Shown here one piece after another: positions 45,465-55,015 of a stretch of DNA of 64,000 nt (its first letter is position 1; every line of letters starts with the position of its first letter). The stretch lies in contig JAMOUT010000079.1 in assembly GCA_027061995.1 (NCBI GenBank), positions 14,098-78,097 of the forward strand. Direction: 5' to 3'. The translations under genes and the position numbers were made by a program. The stretch comes from Candidatus Aminicenantes bacterium (GTDB lineage: Bacteria > Acidobacteriota > Aminicenantia > JAMOAD01). The notes under the pieces were generated by a model. It saw only the letters and a program-made list of their open reading frames with translations. It was not told the origin of the DNA and ran no database searches.

Positions 45465-48400
45465 TCACTTATATCTTATTTTATTAAAAAGAGAGTAAAT
45501 TATAGGTATTATAAATAGAGTCAGAAAAGTTGCTACGGTTAATCCACCGACTATTGTCAGCCCGAGAGGGATTCGCATTTCAGCACCTTCTGAAGTTGTA
45601 AAAACCATAGGAAGCATCCCGAAAATGGTTGAAGTAGCTGTTATCAGAACAGGCCTTAATCTTGTTGTTGCCCCTTTTATAAGAGCTTCAAAATCATCCA
45701 TTCCCCCTCTTCTTAATTGATTGATATAATCAACCATAACAATTCCATTATTAACAGCTATACCCGCAAGAATTATTAATCCCATCAAAACAACAATACT
45801 TAATGGTTTTCCCCCTATGAAAATCCCCAAAACAACACCTATAAAAGCAAGAGGGATTGTAAACATTATAACGAAAGGGTGTAGTAAGTTTTCAAATTGA
45901 GAGGCCATTATCATATATACGAGAAGAATCGCTATAAGAAAGGCGATCATCAAATCTTTAAACCCTGATTTCATATCTTCATACTGTCCCCCGTATTCTA
46001 TAAAATAGCCGGATGGTAGATTTTTCTCAAGGGGTTTTAACTTTGTTTTAAGATCTCCTATGACAGAGCCGAGATCTCTACCCATAATATTTGCATATAT
46101 GGATATTTTTCTAACTTGATTCTCTCTCTCTATTTTAAGAGGGCCTTCCCCCTCTTCAAGCGTTGCCAAATCATCAAGATAAACTGTTTTACCTTGAGGG
46201 GTAACAATGGGAAAATGTTTTATATCTTCAATGGTTTTTCTATCGTTTTTATTAAGCAAAACTCTGATATCATATTCATCCCCTTTATCTTTGAATTTTG
46301 TCCATGCTTTTCCGAGTGTATATGTATGAATAGTGGAAGCAATCTGATATACTGTTAAGCCGAGTTTATACGCTTTCTCTCTGTCTATGGATATATGAAT
46401 CTCTTTTCTCCCCTCAGAATAAGAGGAATGAATATCTGAGAATCCTTTTATGGAACTCATGTTTTTTTCTATAATATCTGATAATCTTTTTAACATATTC
46501 AAATCTTTACCATTAACCTGAACTTCAACGGGAAAATTTGAGCCTCCGAACATAGCTTGCCCGAGATCAACCGCTTCAAGTTTTTCCCCTTTGTAATGGG
46601 GTAATTCTTTTTTAACCTCTTCAACCATTTCAAGTCCTGATAATTTTCTTCTTCCCTTGGGGACAAGTCTGACCCAAAAAACAGCTTCGTGAGGACCCGC
46701 AGGATTGAATGCTTCGGAAGCTCCCCCTTGCTCGTCTCTTTCATTAAGTCCTACTATTGTGGTAACTGATACAACATCTTTTCTCACGGTGAATTTTTTT
46801 TCTATCTCCTTTGCAACTTTATCGGTTGTGCTTAATGCTGTTCCGACGGGAAGTTTTAATTTCAAAAGAACCAAAGGTCTGTCCGTGGCAGGCATAAACT
46901 CGGAACCTGTAAAATTAAGAAGAAAGAGGGATAGGAAAAATATGATTATTATTGAAATCAAAACAGTTGCTTTATGTCTTAAAGCACTCTTTAACCATCT
47001 TTCATATATGTTTTTATATTTTTCAAATGCTTTCTCTTTTGAGGTTTTAGAATATATCTCCTCTTTACTCATCCCCTTGAAAATAACGGAAGTTAACATG
47101 GGAACAATTGTTAAAGCGACAAAAAGTGATGATAAAAGGGCAAAACTAACGGAAAGAGCGAGAGCTTGCGCAAGTTTTCCGACAACTCCGGAAGCAAAAA
47201 GCATAGGAAAAAAAACACCGACAGTTGTTAGTGTAGAAGCTGTGATAGCCATTGCAACTTCATCCGTTCCTCTCGCGGAGGCTATCTCACTGTTTTCCCC
47301 CTCTTCAAGATGTCTGAAAATATTTTCAATAACAACAACCGAGTTATCAACAAGCATCCCTATTCCAAGCCCCAATCCCATAAGAGTGATAAAATTAAGG
47401 GTATATCCCGCAACATAAAAAGAGATGAATGTAGCTATGATTGAAAGAGGAATCGATATTATAATTGTAAGGGTGGGTCGCCAATTGGAAAGAAACAGAT
47501 ATATGAGTAAAACAACAAGAAAACCTCCCACAATAACATTTGAAGTTGTCCCTTTTGCTATTGTGGTTATTGCTTCTGATTGATCCATGGATATGAAGAA
47601 TTTTATATCCGACGGTAGATCTTTTTTGATTTTTTTCAATTCAGCCTTTACCTTATTTGCCACTATTACCGCATTGGCACCCGAGCTTTTTGTTATAACA
47701 AAGAATAATCCGGGTTCATCATTAACTCTTGCTATATTCCTTGTATCTTTTTTACCGTCAATAACATCCGCAATTTCTGATAATCTTATGATTTTACCTG
47801 TTCTATTATATCCTACGGGAATTCTTTTAATCATATCAATGGACTTGAATTCTCCGACCGTTCTCAAAATATATTCGGTATATCCTTTCTCAATGTAACC
47901 CGCAGGTTGATTAAGATTTTCCGCTCTTAAAATTTGAAGAACTCGGTCGGGAGAAATCCCCATTTTTATTAATTTATCCTTTTTCAGCAGAACTTGAAAT
48001 TCTCTTTCCTCAGGGCTAAAAACCTGAGCAGAAGCAACTCCGTCAATTCTGTTTAACCTTTCGCTAACCTCGTCTTCTATTATCTTTTTTAAATCAAAAA
48101 GAGATCTTTTACCTTTTATTCCATACATTAAAACCGGAAATTGAGATATATCGAATTTAATAACAACAGGTTTTGAAACATCCTCAGGTAAAAATTTTTC
48201 ATACATCCCTATGGTTTCTCTGAGGTCTTGTGCTGCAAAATCAAGATTTGTTCCCCATTCAAATTCCACATTAATAACGGACAAACCCTCTTTTGATGCG
48301 GATTTCACATCCTTAACATTTGTAACAGTGCTTATCCATCCCTCTATAGGTTTTGTAACCATCTCCTCAATATCTTTTGAAGAAGCTCCTTTATAGGGGG

Positions 48401-48545
48401 TAACAATTGAAACAGTGGGAAATTCAAGATCAGGCATAAGATCAACACCGAGTTTTGTATATGAGATATACCCTAATAAAACGATTATCAGGGTTAACAT
48501 GGTAATTGTTACTTTCTTTTTAACAGAAAAAGAGGCGAGACTCAT
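45465..48545 (-). CDS. RND efflux permease (AcrB/SwrC-like)
   Basis: 1026 aa; GMLVDNSVVVIENI, GIAVNNGIVMVD, RLRPVLIT. Confidence 0.95.
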   Translation of the reverse strand: MSLASFSVKKKVTITMLTLIIVLLGYISYTKLGVDLMPDLEFPTVSIVTPYKGASSKDIEEMVTKPIEGWISTVTNVKDVKSASKEGLSVINVEFEWGTNLDFAAQDLRETIGMYEKFLPEDVSKPVVIKFDISQFPVLMYGIKGKRSLFDLKKIIEDEVSERLNRIDGVASAQVFSPEEREFQVLLKKDKLIKMGISPDRVLQILRAENLNQPAGYIEKGYTEYILRTVGEFKSIDMIKRIPVGYNRTGKIIRLSEIADVIDGKKDTRNIARVNDEPGLFFVITKSSGANAVIVANKVKAELKKIKKDLPSDIKFFISMDQSEAITTIAKGTTSNVIVGGFLVVLLIYLFLSNWRPTLTIIISIPLSIIATFISFYVAGYTLNFITLMGLGLGIGMLVDNSVVVIENIFRHLEEGENSEIASARGTDEVAMAITASTLTTVGVFFPMLFASGVVGKLAQALALSVSFALLSSLFVALTIVPMLTSVIFKGMSKEEIYSKTSKEKAFEKYKNIYERWLKSALRHKATVLISIIIIFFLSLFLLNFTGSEFMPATDRPLVLLKLKLPVGTALSTTDKVAKEIEKKFTVRKDVVSVTTIVGLNERDEQGGASEAFNPAGPHEAVFWVRLVPKGRRKLSGLEMVEEVKKELPHYKGEKLEAVDLGQAMFGGSNFPVEVQVNGKDLNMLKRLSDIIEKNMSSIKGFSDIHSSYSEGRKEIHISIDREKAYKLGLTVYQIASTIHTYTLGKAWTKFKDKGDEYDIRVLLNKNDRKTIEDIKHFPIVTPQGKTVYLDDLATLEEGEGPLKIERENQVRKISIYANIMGRDLGSVIGDLKTKLKPLEKNLPSGYFIEYGGQYEDMKSGFKDLMIAFLIAILLVYMIMASQFENLLHPFVIMFTIPLAFIGVVLGIFIGGKPLSIVVLMGLIILAGIAVNNGIVMVDYINQLRRGGMDDFEALIKGATTRLRPVLITATSTIFGMLPMVFTTSEGAEMRIPLGLTIVGGLTVATFLTLFIIPIIYSLFNKIRYK

Positions 48546-49642
48546 TTTTCTTCCTCCTTAACGAAAGCATTAGTGAAAAGTCCGAAATTTCCTTCGGTAA
48601 TAACTTTATCGCCCTCTTTTATCCCGCTTAAAACCTCTACAAAAACAGGATTCTTGAATCCTGTTTTAACGGTTTTTTCAATAGCTTTATTATTTTCCAT
48701 TACAAAAACTTTACTATTATCAATAACCGCTTTCGCCGGAAGAACGATGCAGCCGGATTTTTCTTTGTAATGGATTCTGACTTTAACAATTGTTCCGGGT
48801 AAAACTTTTTTATCTTTATTGTTTGCAATAATTCGAGCTGATACCGATGATGTCATAGGATTAGTTTTTTCATTAACAGTTAAAACTTTTCCTTCTATCA
48901 AATTATTCTTTAAAATGATTTCCGCTTTTTGTCCCGATTTGATAAGGGCGGCTTCCGAAGAGGGAATATCTATATCAACATAAATCTTACTGTAATCTTC
49001 AAGTGTATATACTCCCGTGCTTTGAGAAAATCCACCCATGGAAGGATTTATGAAATCTCCCTCCTCTTTATACTTCCCTGTTATTATTCCTGAAAAAGGG
49101 GCTTTGATTTTTGTGCTGTTATATTGGAATTTTGCAAGATTAAAACCTGCGGTTGCTCTTTTAAAATTATTAAGGGCAAGTCCATAGGCTGAAACAGCTT
49201 TTTCATATTGAGCTTTCGAGACTCCGTTTTTACTGTAAACAGCCGCTATCCTGATTTTGTTTTTTTTCGCATCATTAAGGTTTATTTTTGCTGATTCAAG
49301 CATGGCTTTTGCTTGTTCGTATTGAGCTTTATAAGTGGTATCCTCAAGCTCAAACAAAAGGTCCCCTTTTCTGACAAAATCACCTATCTCTTTATAAAGT
49401 TTTTTTATTCTTCCGGGAACTTCGGGAAGAACAATAAGTGTATTATAAGATATAACCGTTCCCGCATAATCAAAGTATTCGCTTATTGAAGATATTTTAG
49501 CGCACTCTGTTTTTACGAGAAAAGCCACGCTTCCCTTTGTTGATTTAGTATCATATCGTTTCCCTTTTTTACATGATGATATATTTATAATGGAAATAAT
49601 TAATGTAAGTATTAAAAATATGTTTTTTAATTTGGTTTTCAT
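48542..49642 (-). CDS. RND periplasmic adaptor (membrane fusion protein)
   Basis: Lipobox ISSC; G.I......GD.V.KG..L, IKAPFSG, VEVLSG..EGD.V. Confidence 0.93.
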   Translation of the reverse strand: MKTKLKNIFLILTLIISIINISSCKKGKRYDTKSTKGSVAFLVKTECAKISSISEYFDYAGTVISYNTLIVLPEVPGRIKKLYKEIGDFVRKGDLLFELEDTTYKAQYEQAKAMLESAKINLNDAKKNKIRIAAVYSKNGVSKAQYEKAVSAYGLALNNFKRATAGFNLAKFQYNSTKIKAPFSGIITGKYKEEGDFINPSMGGFSQSTGVYTLEDYSKIYVDIDIPSSEAALIKSGQKAEIILKNNLIEGKVLTVNEKTNPMTSSVSARIIANNKDKKVLPGTIVKVRIHYKEKSGCIVLPAKAVIDNSKVFVMENNKAIEKTVKTGFKNPVFVEVLSGIKEGDKVITEGNFGLFTNAFVKEEEK

Positions 49643-49654
49643 TTTATCCTCCTC

Positions 49655-50974
49655 CTATTTAAAAATATTTTTTGAGACCAATGATTCTATCTTAAAGATG
49701 TTTGAATAATATTCATATATAGCTTTAAAATAATTAAGTTGAGAAGTAAGATATTTATTTTGAATAAGTTCAAGGTCAGTATATGATATCATCCCCTCTT
49801 TATAACTAAGGGAAGCTATATCATACTCCTCTTTCGCATTTCTGTAATTCGCTTTTTGCAAAACTATCTTTGCTTTAAGGTAGCTGTCTTTTTTTACAGC
49901 ATTATTTAATTCCGCAAGAAGATTCTTTTTAAGAGCCATTGCTCCTATTTCAGCCTCTTCCTTTTGTGCTTTTGCGGAGGCAAGTTTATATTTTTTAGAG
50001 AAACCTTTAAACAGTGAATAAGATAGCGTTAAATTTATACTATAATAACTATCCCAATTTGAAAAATTCCCCAAGGAGTCTCCTCTGAAATTGTATTGTC
50101 CCCCTATTGCAACCGTGGGAAGAAAATTTGAGTATGCCATTTTAACACTGTTTTTAACAGCATTAATTTTATTTTTCATTGATGATAGGATAGGGTTATT
50201 TTCAATAAGCTCTTTTTTTAAAATTTTCAAATCAATTTTATAAATTTTTTCTTTTATCTTTCCTATAATTATTATTTTTTTATCAAGATTAATCCCGAGA
50301 AGATTTTTAAATCTGTTTTTTGCCTCAAAAATATTTGATTCTATCTCTCTTTTTCGGGCCTCAATCTCTCTGACCCTGTTTTCAGCTCTCAAAAGATCAA
50401 GCTTTTTTACAAGTCCTTGTTTATATGATTCAGCGATATTGTTTTTTGTATCAATGGCAAGTTCAAACCCGTCTTGAATGATTTTAAGTGATTTTTCAAG
50501 AAGAATTATCGAGTAAAACATCGCTTTTGTTTTAGCTTTAATCTCATCTCTTTTAGCCTGAAGAAGGCTTTGTTCAGCCTTTTCCATTTCGCGAGCGGTA
50601 TTTAAACCGAAAATAAGTTTTCCCCCCGTAAACAATGGCTGCGTAAATTGCAGAGTAAGTTGATAATTTCTTGTAAAATCCATCTCAATTTTTTTCGGAG
50701 GTTGCCCCGGAATAAATGAGGGTATCTCAATAGTCATGAGTTTTTCTTTTAGAACTCTGTTACCCGAAGCATTCAAAGAGGGAAGAAAGGAGGAATAAGC
50801 CAATCTTGTTTTACTCTTTACCTGCTCTAATCTTTTTACCTCCTGTAAGATTTCAGGATTATTGTTTAGTGCTAAATTTTCCGCTTTATTTAATGTCAAC
50901 TTTAAAGTTTCTCCGCTCATTGAAGAAATTGTTATAAGAAAAAATACGATTATATTAAAAATCTTTTTCTTCAT
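49655..50974 (-). CDS. TolC-family outer membrane efflux protein
   Basis: Signal peptide; AL.NNP, FLP.L, QPLFTGG, Y..G repeats; located in the RND operon. Confidence 0.92.
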   Translation of the reverse strand: MKKKIFNIIVFFLITISSMSGETLKLTLNKAENLALNNNPEILQEVKRLEQVKSKTRLAYSSFLPSLNASGNRVLKEKLMTIEIPSFIPGQPPKKIEMDFTRNYQLTLQFTQPLFTGGKLIFGLNTAREMEKAEQSLLQAKRDEIKAKTKAMFYSIILLEKSLKIIQDGFELAIDTKNNIAESYKQGLVKKLDLLRAENRVREIEARKREIESNIFEAKNRFKNLLGINLDKKIIIIGKIKEKIYKIDLKILKKELIENNPILSSMKNKINAVKNSVKMAYSNFLPTVAIGGQYNFRGDSLGNFSNWDSYYSINLTLSYSLFKGFSKKYKLASAKAQKEEAEIGAMALKKNLLAELNNAVKKDSYLKAKIVLQKANYRNAKEEYDIASLSYKEGMISYTDLELIQNKYLTSQLNYFKAIYEYYSNIFKIESLVSKNIFK

Positions 50975-50975
50975 T

Positions 50976-51575
50976 TTACCTCCTTTTTATTCCGTTTATA
51001 ATAATATTTGCAATATCCGAGGATAATTGTCTGATATTACCCATTTTAAAATCAAGAAATATTATTTCAAAACTAATCTCTTTCATGATGCCGAGCATCA
51101 TGATAGAAAGTATCTCGGGGGTTAAGTCATCTCTGACTTTTCCATCTTTCTGCCCTTTAAGCAATAATTTTTCCAAGAATTCTTTTCGTTGCTGACGATT
51201 TTTAATAAATTTTTTGATATGAGAATTTCTATCTTTTGTCTGTTTTATAAATTCTCTTGATTCAAATAAAGCCATTTTCATAATAGCTTTGTTTTTCATT
51301 AAAAATTCCATTGTTTTTAAAACAATAGTATTAAGATTGTCAAAAATATCATCTTCCATATCAATGATGCCCAATACGATTTTATCCACCTCTGAATTAA
51401 TCTCCGTTAAAACCTGAATAAAAAGTTCTTCTTTACTTGAAAAGTATTTATATAGAGTTGGTTTAGAGATATCTGAAACCTCCGCTATTTCATCCATTGT
51501 TGTATTTTTAAACCCCTTTTTACTTAGAATCTGCTTTGCTTTCTCTAAAATATACTTTCTTATCGCTTCTTTCAT
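50976..51575 (-). CDS. TetR/AcrR family transcriptional regulator
   Basis: GF..TTMDEIA....ISKPTLYKYFSSKEEL helix-turn-helix. Confidence 0.95.
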   Translation of the reverse strand: MKEAIRKYILEKAKQILSKKGFKNTTMDEIAEVSDISKPTLYKYFSSKEELFIQVLTEINSEVDKIVLGIIDMEDDIFDNLNTIVLKTMEFLMKNKAIMKMALFESREFIKQTKDRNSHIKKFIKNRQQRKEFLEKLLLKGQKDGKVRDDLTPEILSIMMLGIMKEISFEIIFLDFKMGNIRQLSSDIANIIINGIKRR

Positions 51576-51597
51576 TGTTTACCTCTCGTTAAATAAT

Positions 51598-51640
51598 TTA
51601 ACTCAGGGTTTATTATATTAACTCCAAGTTAAATTGTCAA
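51598..51640 (-). promoter_or_regulatory. Consensus promoter of the tetR-RND operon with two overlapping operator-like palindromes
   Basis: TTGACA (51635-40)-17 nt-TATAAT (51612-17); TTAACT-cca-AGTTAA at 51618-32 and TTAACT-cag-GGTTTA at 51598-612. Confidence 0.75.
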
Positions 51641-51680
51641 GTATTATTTTGATAAAACCTTTTTATAACCACAAAAAGAT

Positions 51681-51710
51681 TGGAGATTATTGAAGATTAT
51701 TGAAGATTAT
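51681..51710. repeat. 10-bp tandem repeat, 3 copies (TG(G/A)AGATTAT)
   Basis: tggagattat tgaagattat tgaagattat. Confidence 0.7.
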
Positions 51711-52579
51711 TTATGCTTTTGCGGTTCTTTAATCTCTACTTTAATTTTATTGTTAGCATAACAATAAAGACACGGGATAGGACATCGCTGTGAATAACTT
51801 CCGATATCCTTTGATGCTGAACACCCGCATTCTTCCCTTTGCCCTTTATCTTTTTTATATTCAACCCTCCATTTTAAAGGGTGAATCTCAGATAGATAGT
51901 CGGCATCAATACATCTTGATTTATTTATCCCTTTAACGGATAATAAAAAATCTTGTGAACAGGAGTAAAGTTTTATTTTTGTCCCTTTGACAATATTAAC
52001 CATTTTTTCCGTATATCTTAATTTTTCATCTAAACTCGGATCTATAGGTTCTATCCCTGCATAATCAAACCTCTTTTTTACTTTTTCATAGTATTGAGTA
52101 AAACTGAATATCACTCTTTTAATATCCGTTTTATTGATAAAATTTATTAGCTCTTCGAAAAAATAGAAATTTGTTTTAAGCATATTTTTCTCTTTGTAAA
52201 ATAGGATGGGGTCAAATCGTATTGCCACTCTCTCGGAACCAAACAATTCGGTAAGAGGTTTTATTTGAGATAGCGTAATATCAGGAGAGGGGATCATTCT
52301 CTCGATAGAGGTGCCTCCCAAACCTGTTATTGTGAATAAAAGATAGGTTTGATTATATTTTTTCAATAATTTTAATATGTTTTTCCTGTTTTTTATTATA
52401 TTGTTGAAATTTTTTGACCATAAAACAAATGAATGAACATTCTCCGGAGAAAGCTCCACTTTATAATATCTTCCGAATGGTCCGATAACTTCAGCTTGTT
52501 CCTTTTTTAAGGAATTGTAAAAAGAATCAAAGAAAAAACTAATTAAATCGGTTCTTCTTGAAGCCGAAATAATCTGCAA
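51707..52579 (-). CDS. DUF1848-family protein (radical-SAM-like Cys cluster)
   Basis: IISASRRTD, WSKN, FTITG, RFDPI, DKGQR..CGC..S.DIG.Y...CPIPCLYCYAN. Confidence 0.88.
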   Translation of the reverse strand: MQIISASRRTDLISFFFDSFYNSLKKEQAEVIGPFGRYYKVELSPENVHSFVLWSKNFNNIIKNRKNILKLLKKYNQTYLLFTITGLGGTSIERMIPSPDITLSQIKPLTELFGSERVAIRFDPILFYKEKNMLKTNFYFFEELINFINKTDIKRVIFSFTQYYEKVKKRFDYAGIEPIDPSLDEKLRYTEKMVNIVKGTKIKLYSCSQDFLLSVKGINKSRCIDADYLSEIHPLKWRVEYKKDKGQREECGCSASKDIGSYSQRCPIPCLYCYANNKIKVEIKEPQKHK

Positions 52580-52580
52580 A

Positions 52581-53459
52581 TTATTTAGCCGGCATTAAGT
52601 TAACGAGAAAAATCTGAAGACCTAACTCTCTGTTATCATCATTGTGTTTCATCTTTGAAGGTATAAATGTTTTATCGGTTGATATCGTGATTGTAAATTC
52701 ATCATTATCACCGAGTTCCGATTTTTTCAAAAAATATTTTTTTCTGAATTTTCCGGTTTCAGGGATAAATTCATCTATCTGTTTATCATTTAATTTTATA
52801 ATTATTTTTTGATCGGGATATACCCCTTTATCAACTCCACCTATAATATATAATTTAAGGTCTTGCCCTACATTGTCCGCTATTATCGAAGCATCTTTTG
52901 CCGTCCATCTCCAACTATTAAAAATACCCCTTCCGAAATTTTCTTCGGGATACCACCCGTCAGCAAAAGTTATTTCAGGATATTCAGCCGGTCTCGGTTC
53001 AAATTCCACCTCTTTTCTAAATAGTATTAATTTGGAGTCTTTTACATTAGGCTTATATAATCCGGCGGTGATTGTTATTTTCTCTTTTCCCGAAAGATCA
53101 AGATCAAAATCATCAAGAAAATCAGGTATATATATATCTTTGTGTGTATATGTTAATTTTGCCCCTTTTTTCCAATTTTCAATATTCCAAGGGATATTAT
53201 GATCATCTTGAAATAACATAACTTTTTTTGAATTCCACCAAAAATGAACAAAAACCTTATAGTCGGGGTCAAAATTAAAAGGTATTTTTTTTATTTTCCA
53301 ATTGTATATAATATCTGTCATTATATCGCTGTAATAAGGGGTGCTAAGATTTACCGTTAAGCTGATATTATCCTTAGCAACACCGGATTTTTTGCAATAA
53401 TTAAAAAATATTAATACAAAAACAATTAAAAATATTATTATTACTCCTCTTATCTTCAT
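52581..53459 (-). CDS. Hypothetical exported protein, probable lipoprotein
   Basis: Signal peptide ending FNYC; beta-rich (YKVFVHF...QDDH, GWYPEE...WRWT, D.RELG); SD AGGAGG and a TTGAAA-17-TATAAT promoter upstream. Confidence 0.75.
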   Translation of the reverse strand: MKIRGVIIIFLIVFVLIFFNYCKKSGVAKDNISLTVNLSTPYYSDIMTDIIYNWKIKKIPFNFDPDYKVFVHFWWNSKKVMLFQDDHNIPWNIENWKKGAKLTYTHKDIYIPDFLDDFDLDLSGKEKITITAGLYKPNVKDSKLILFRKEVEFEPRPAEYPEITFADGWYPEENFGRGIFNSWRWTAKDASIIADNVGQDLKLYIIGGVDKGVYPDQKIIIKLNDKQIDEFIPETGKFRKKYFLKKSELGDNDEFTITISTDKTFIPSKMKHNDDNRELGLQIFLVNLMPAK

Positions 53460-53529
53460 CGTTTCCTCCTAAGAACAAATACTTTATTACTTTATTATAT
53501 TGCATTTTCATTTATTTTTCAAATAATTA

Positions 53530-54549
53530 TTAACTGTTACATAGAAAGCTTAAAATATTATTAAGAATATCATTAACTGTAATTTTTCTCATACAGGTTA
53601 ATTTAGAGCAGTTTTTCTTAAAACAATTAGAGCATTTTAATTCATAGTATATGATTTTAGAATCGGGATTTACAGGGCCGTTTCTTGACGGGGGAGTGGG
53701 CCCGAACAATGCGATTGTGGGGGTACCCAAAGCTTCCGCAAGATGCAAAGGAAAACTGTCGGAAGATACAACGACTTTCACTTTTTTAAATAAAACAAAC
53801 AATTCTTCGATTTTAAAAAACGGGGTTAATTTTAAATTCAATGCTTCAGTTATTTCCCTTGCTTCCTCCTTCTCTCTTTCTGTCCCCCAAAGTATTATCG
53901 GGTAAATCTCTTTTGAAATTAATTGTTTTGATAATTTTATCCATTTTTCAATACCCAATTTTTTTGTTTGCCACCCCGCACCTATATTCAGAATAACCGC
54001 TTTTTCATAATTTATCCCCTCTGTTTTTTTTTCAACAGAGCTTTTAATACTTTTTTTTATATCAAATTCGGGGAACACTATTTTCTTCGACGGATAAATC
54101 ACTATGGTTTTTAGAAGAGAGATATTTTTTTTTATTATGTGAGAAGATTCATTAAAATACTCTCCGTGTTTATTATAAAAAAAAGAGGCGCCCTTTTCTT
54201 TCAGATTCTTTCTATTAAATCCTATTTTTGTTTTCGATGAAATTAATCCGGTAATTACGGAGGATTTTAATGTTCCTTGAAAATCAAAAACAATGTCAGC
54301 TTTAATTCTCTTAATAGCCCTTATCTTTTTTATATTGTTTCTTATCTCCTTTCCTCTCCTTAAAGATTTTGTGTCTATTGTTTTAATCCTGTCTATCCCT
54401 TTTACTAATCGTAAAATCCTTTCCCCGCTTTTTTCCACAATCCATATTATTTCCGCATCAGGATATTTTTCTCTTAATATATTATAAGCCGGCAAAGTAT
54501 GTATTATATCGCCGAGAGAGCTAAGCTTTACTATCGCTATCTTTTCCAT
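53530..54549 (-). CDS. LPS heptosyltransferase (GT9, WaaC/WaaF-like)
   Basis: KLSSLGDIIH, DFQG..KS, DSFPLHLA.A, LFGPT.P; adjacent to ADP-heptose genes. Confidence 0.9.
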   Translation of the reverse strand: MEKIAIVKLSSLGDIIHTLPAYNILREKYPDAEIIWIVEKSGERILRLVKGIDRIKTIDTKSLRRGKEIRNNIKKIRAIKRIKADIVFDFQGTLKSSVITGLISSKTKIGFNRKNLKEKGASFFYNKHGEYFNESSHIIKKNISLLKTIVIYPSKKIVFPEFDIKKSIKSSVEKKTEGINYEKAVILNIGAGWQTKKLGIEKWIKLSKQLISKEIYPIILWGTEREKEEAREITEALNLKLTPFFKIEELFVLFKKVKVVVSSDSFPLHLAEALGTPTIALFGPTPPSRNGPVNPDSKIIYYELKCSNCFKKNCSKLTCMRKITVNDILNNILSFLCNS

Positions 54550-55015
54550 ATATCTCTCTTATCTTTTTTATTATCTGTGAACTTGATTTTATTTTCTCTC
54601 CCCCTGTTATAATTGTTTTAATTCCGAGAGATTTTGAGAATTCGCTTTCGGGAACGGTTTCAATAGAATAATCCCCCCCCTTTGCATGATAATCGGGTTT
54701 AATCTTTTTCAAAAGGTTTTTAACATCCGGTTCATCAAAAATTATTACGAAATCAACATATCTTATGGAGGAGATAATAACAGCCCTTCCTTGCTGGTTC
54801 ATTATCGGACGGTTTTTCCCCTTTAAATCTCTTATCGATTTATCACTGTTTAAAGCAACTATCAAAATATCTCCAGCCTCTTTCGCCTCTTTTAAAGAAT
54901 TTATATGACCTGCGTGAATCAAATCAAACCCCCCGTTTGTAAGAACAATCTTTTTTCCCTCTTTTTTCAGTGAATCAACTGTTTTCAGCAATTGTTTTAA
55001 GGATAATATCTTCAT
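54521..55015 (-). CDS. D-glycero-beta-D-manno-heptose-1-phosphate adenylyltransferase (RfaE domain II / HldC)
   Basis: TNGGFDLIHAGH, ALNSD.S...LKG..RP, KGGDY, SSS. Confidence 0.92.
   Translation of the reverse strand: MKILSLKQLLKTVDSLKKEGKKIVLTNGGFDLIHAGHINSLKEAKEAGDILIVALNSDKSIRDLKGKNRPIMNQQGRAVIISSIRYVDFVIIFDEPDVKNLLKKIKPDYHAKGGDYSIETVPESEFSKSLGIKTIITGGEKIKSSSQIIKKIREIYGKDSDSKA

Noticed and set aside
46705-47418. 237-aa plus-strand ORF and the many other short antisense ORFs in the track (e.g. 10298-10888, 15252-15821, 29784-30215)
   Set aside because: They are shadow ORFs antisense to well-supported genes, with Ser/Phe/Ile-rich composition mirroring the codon bias of the real gene.
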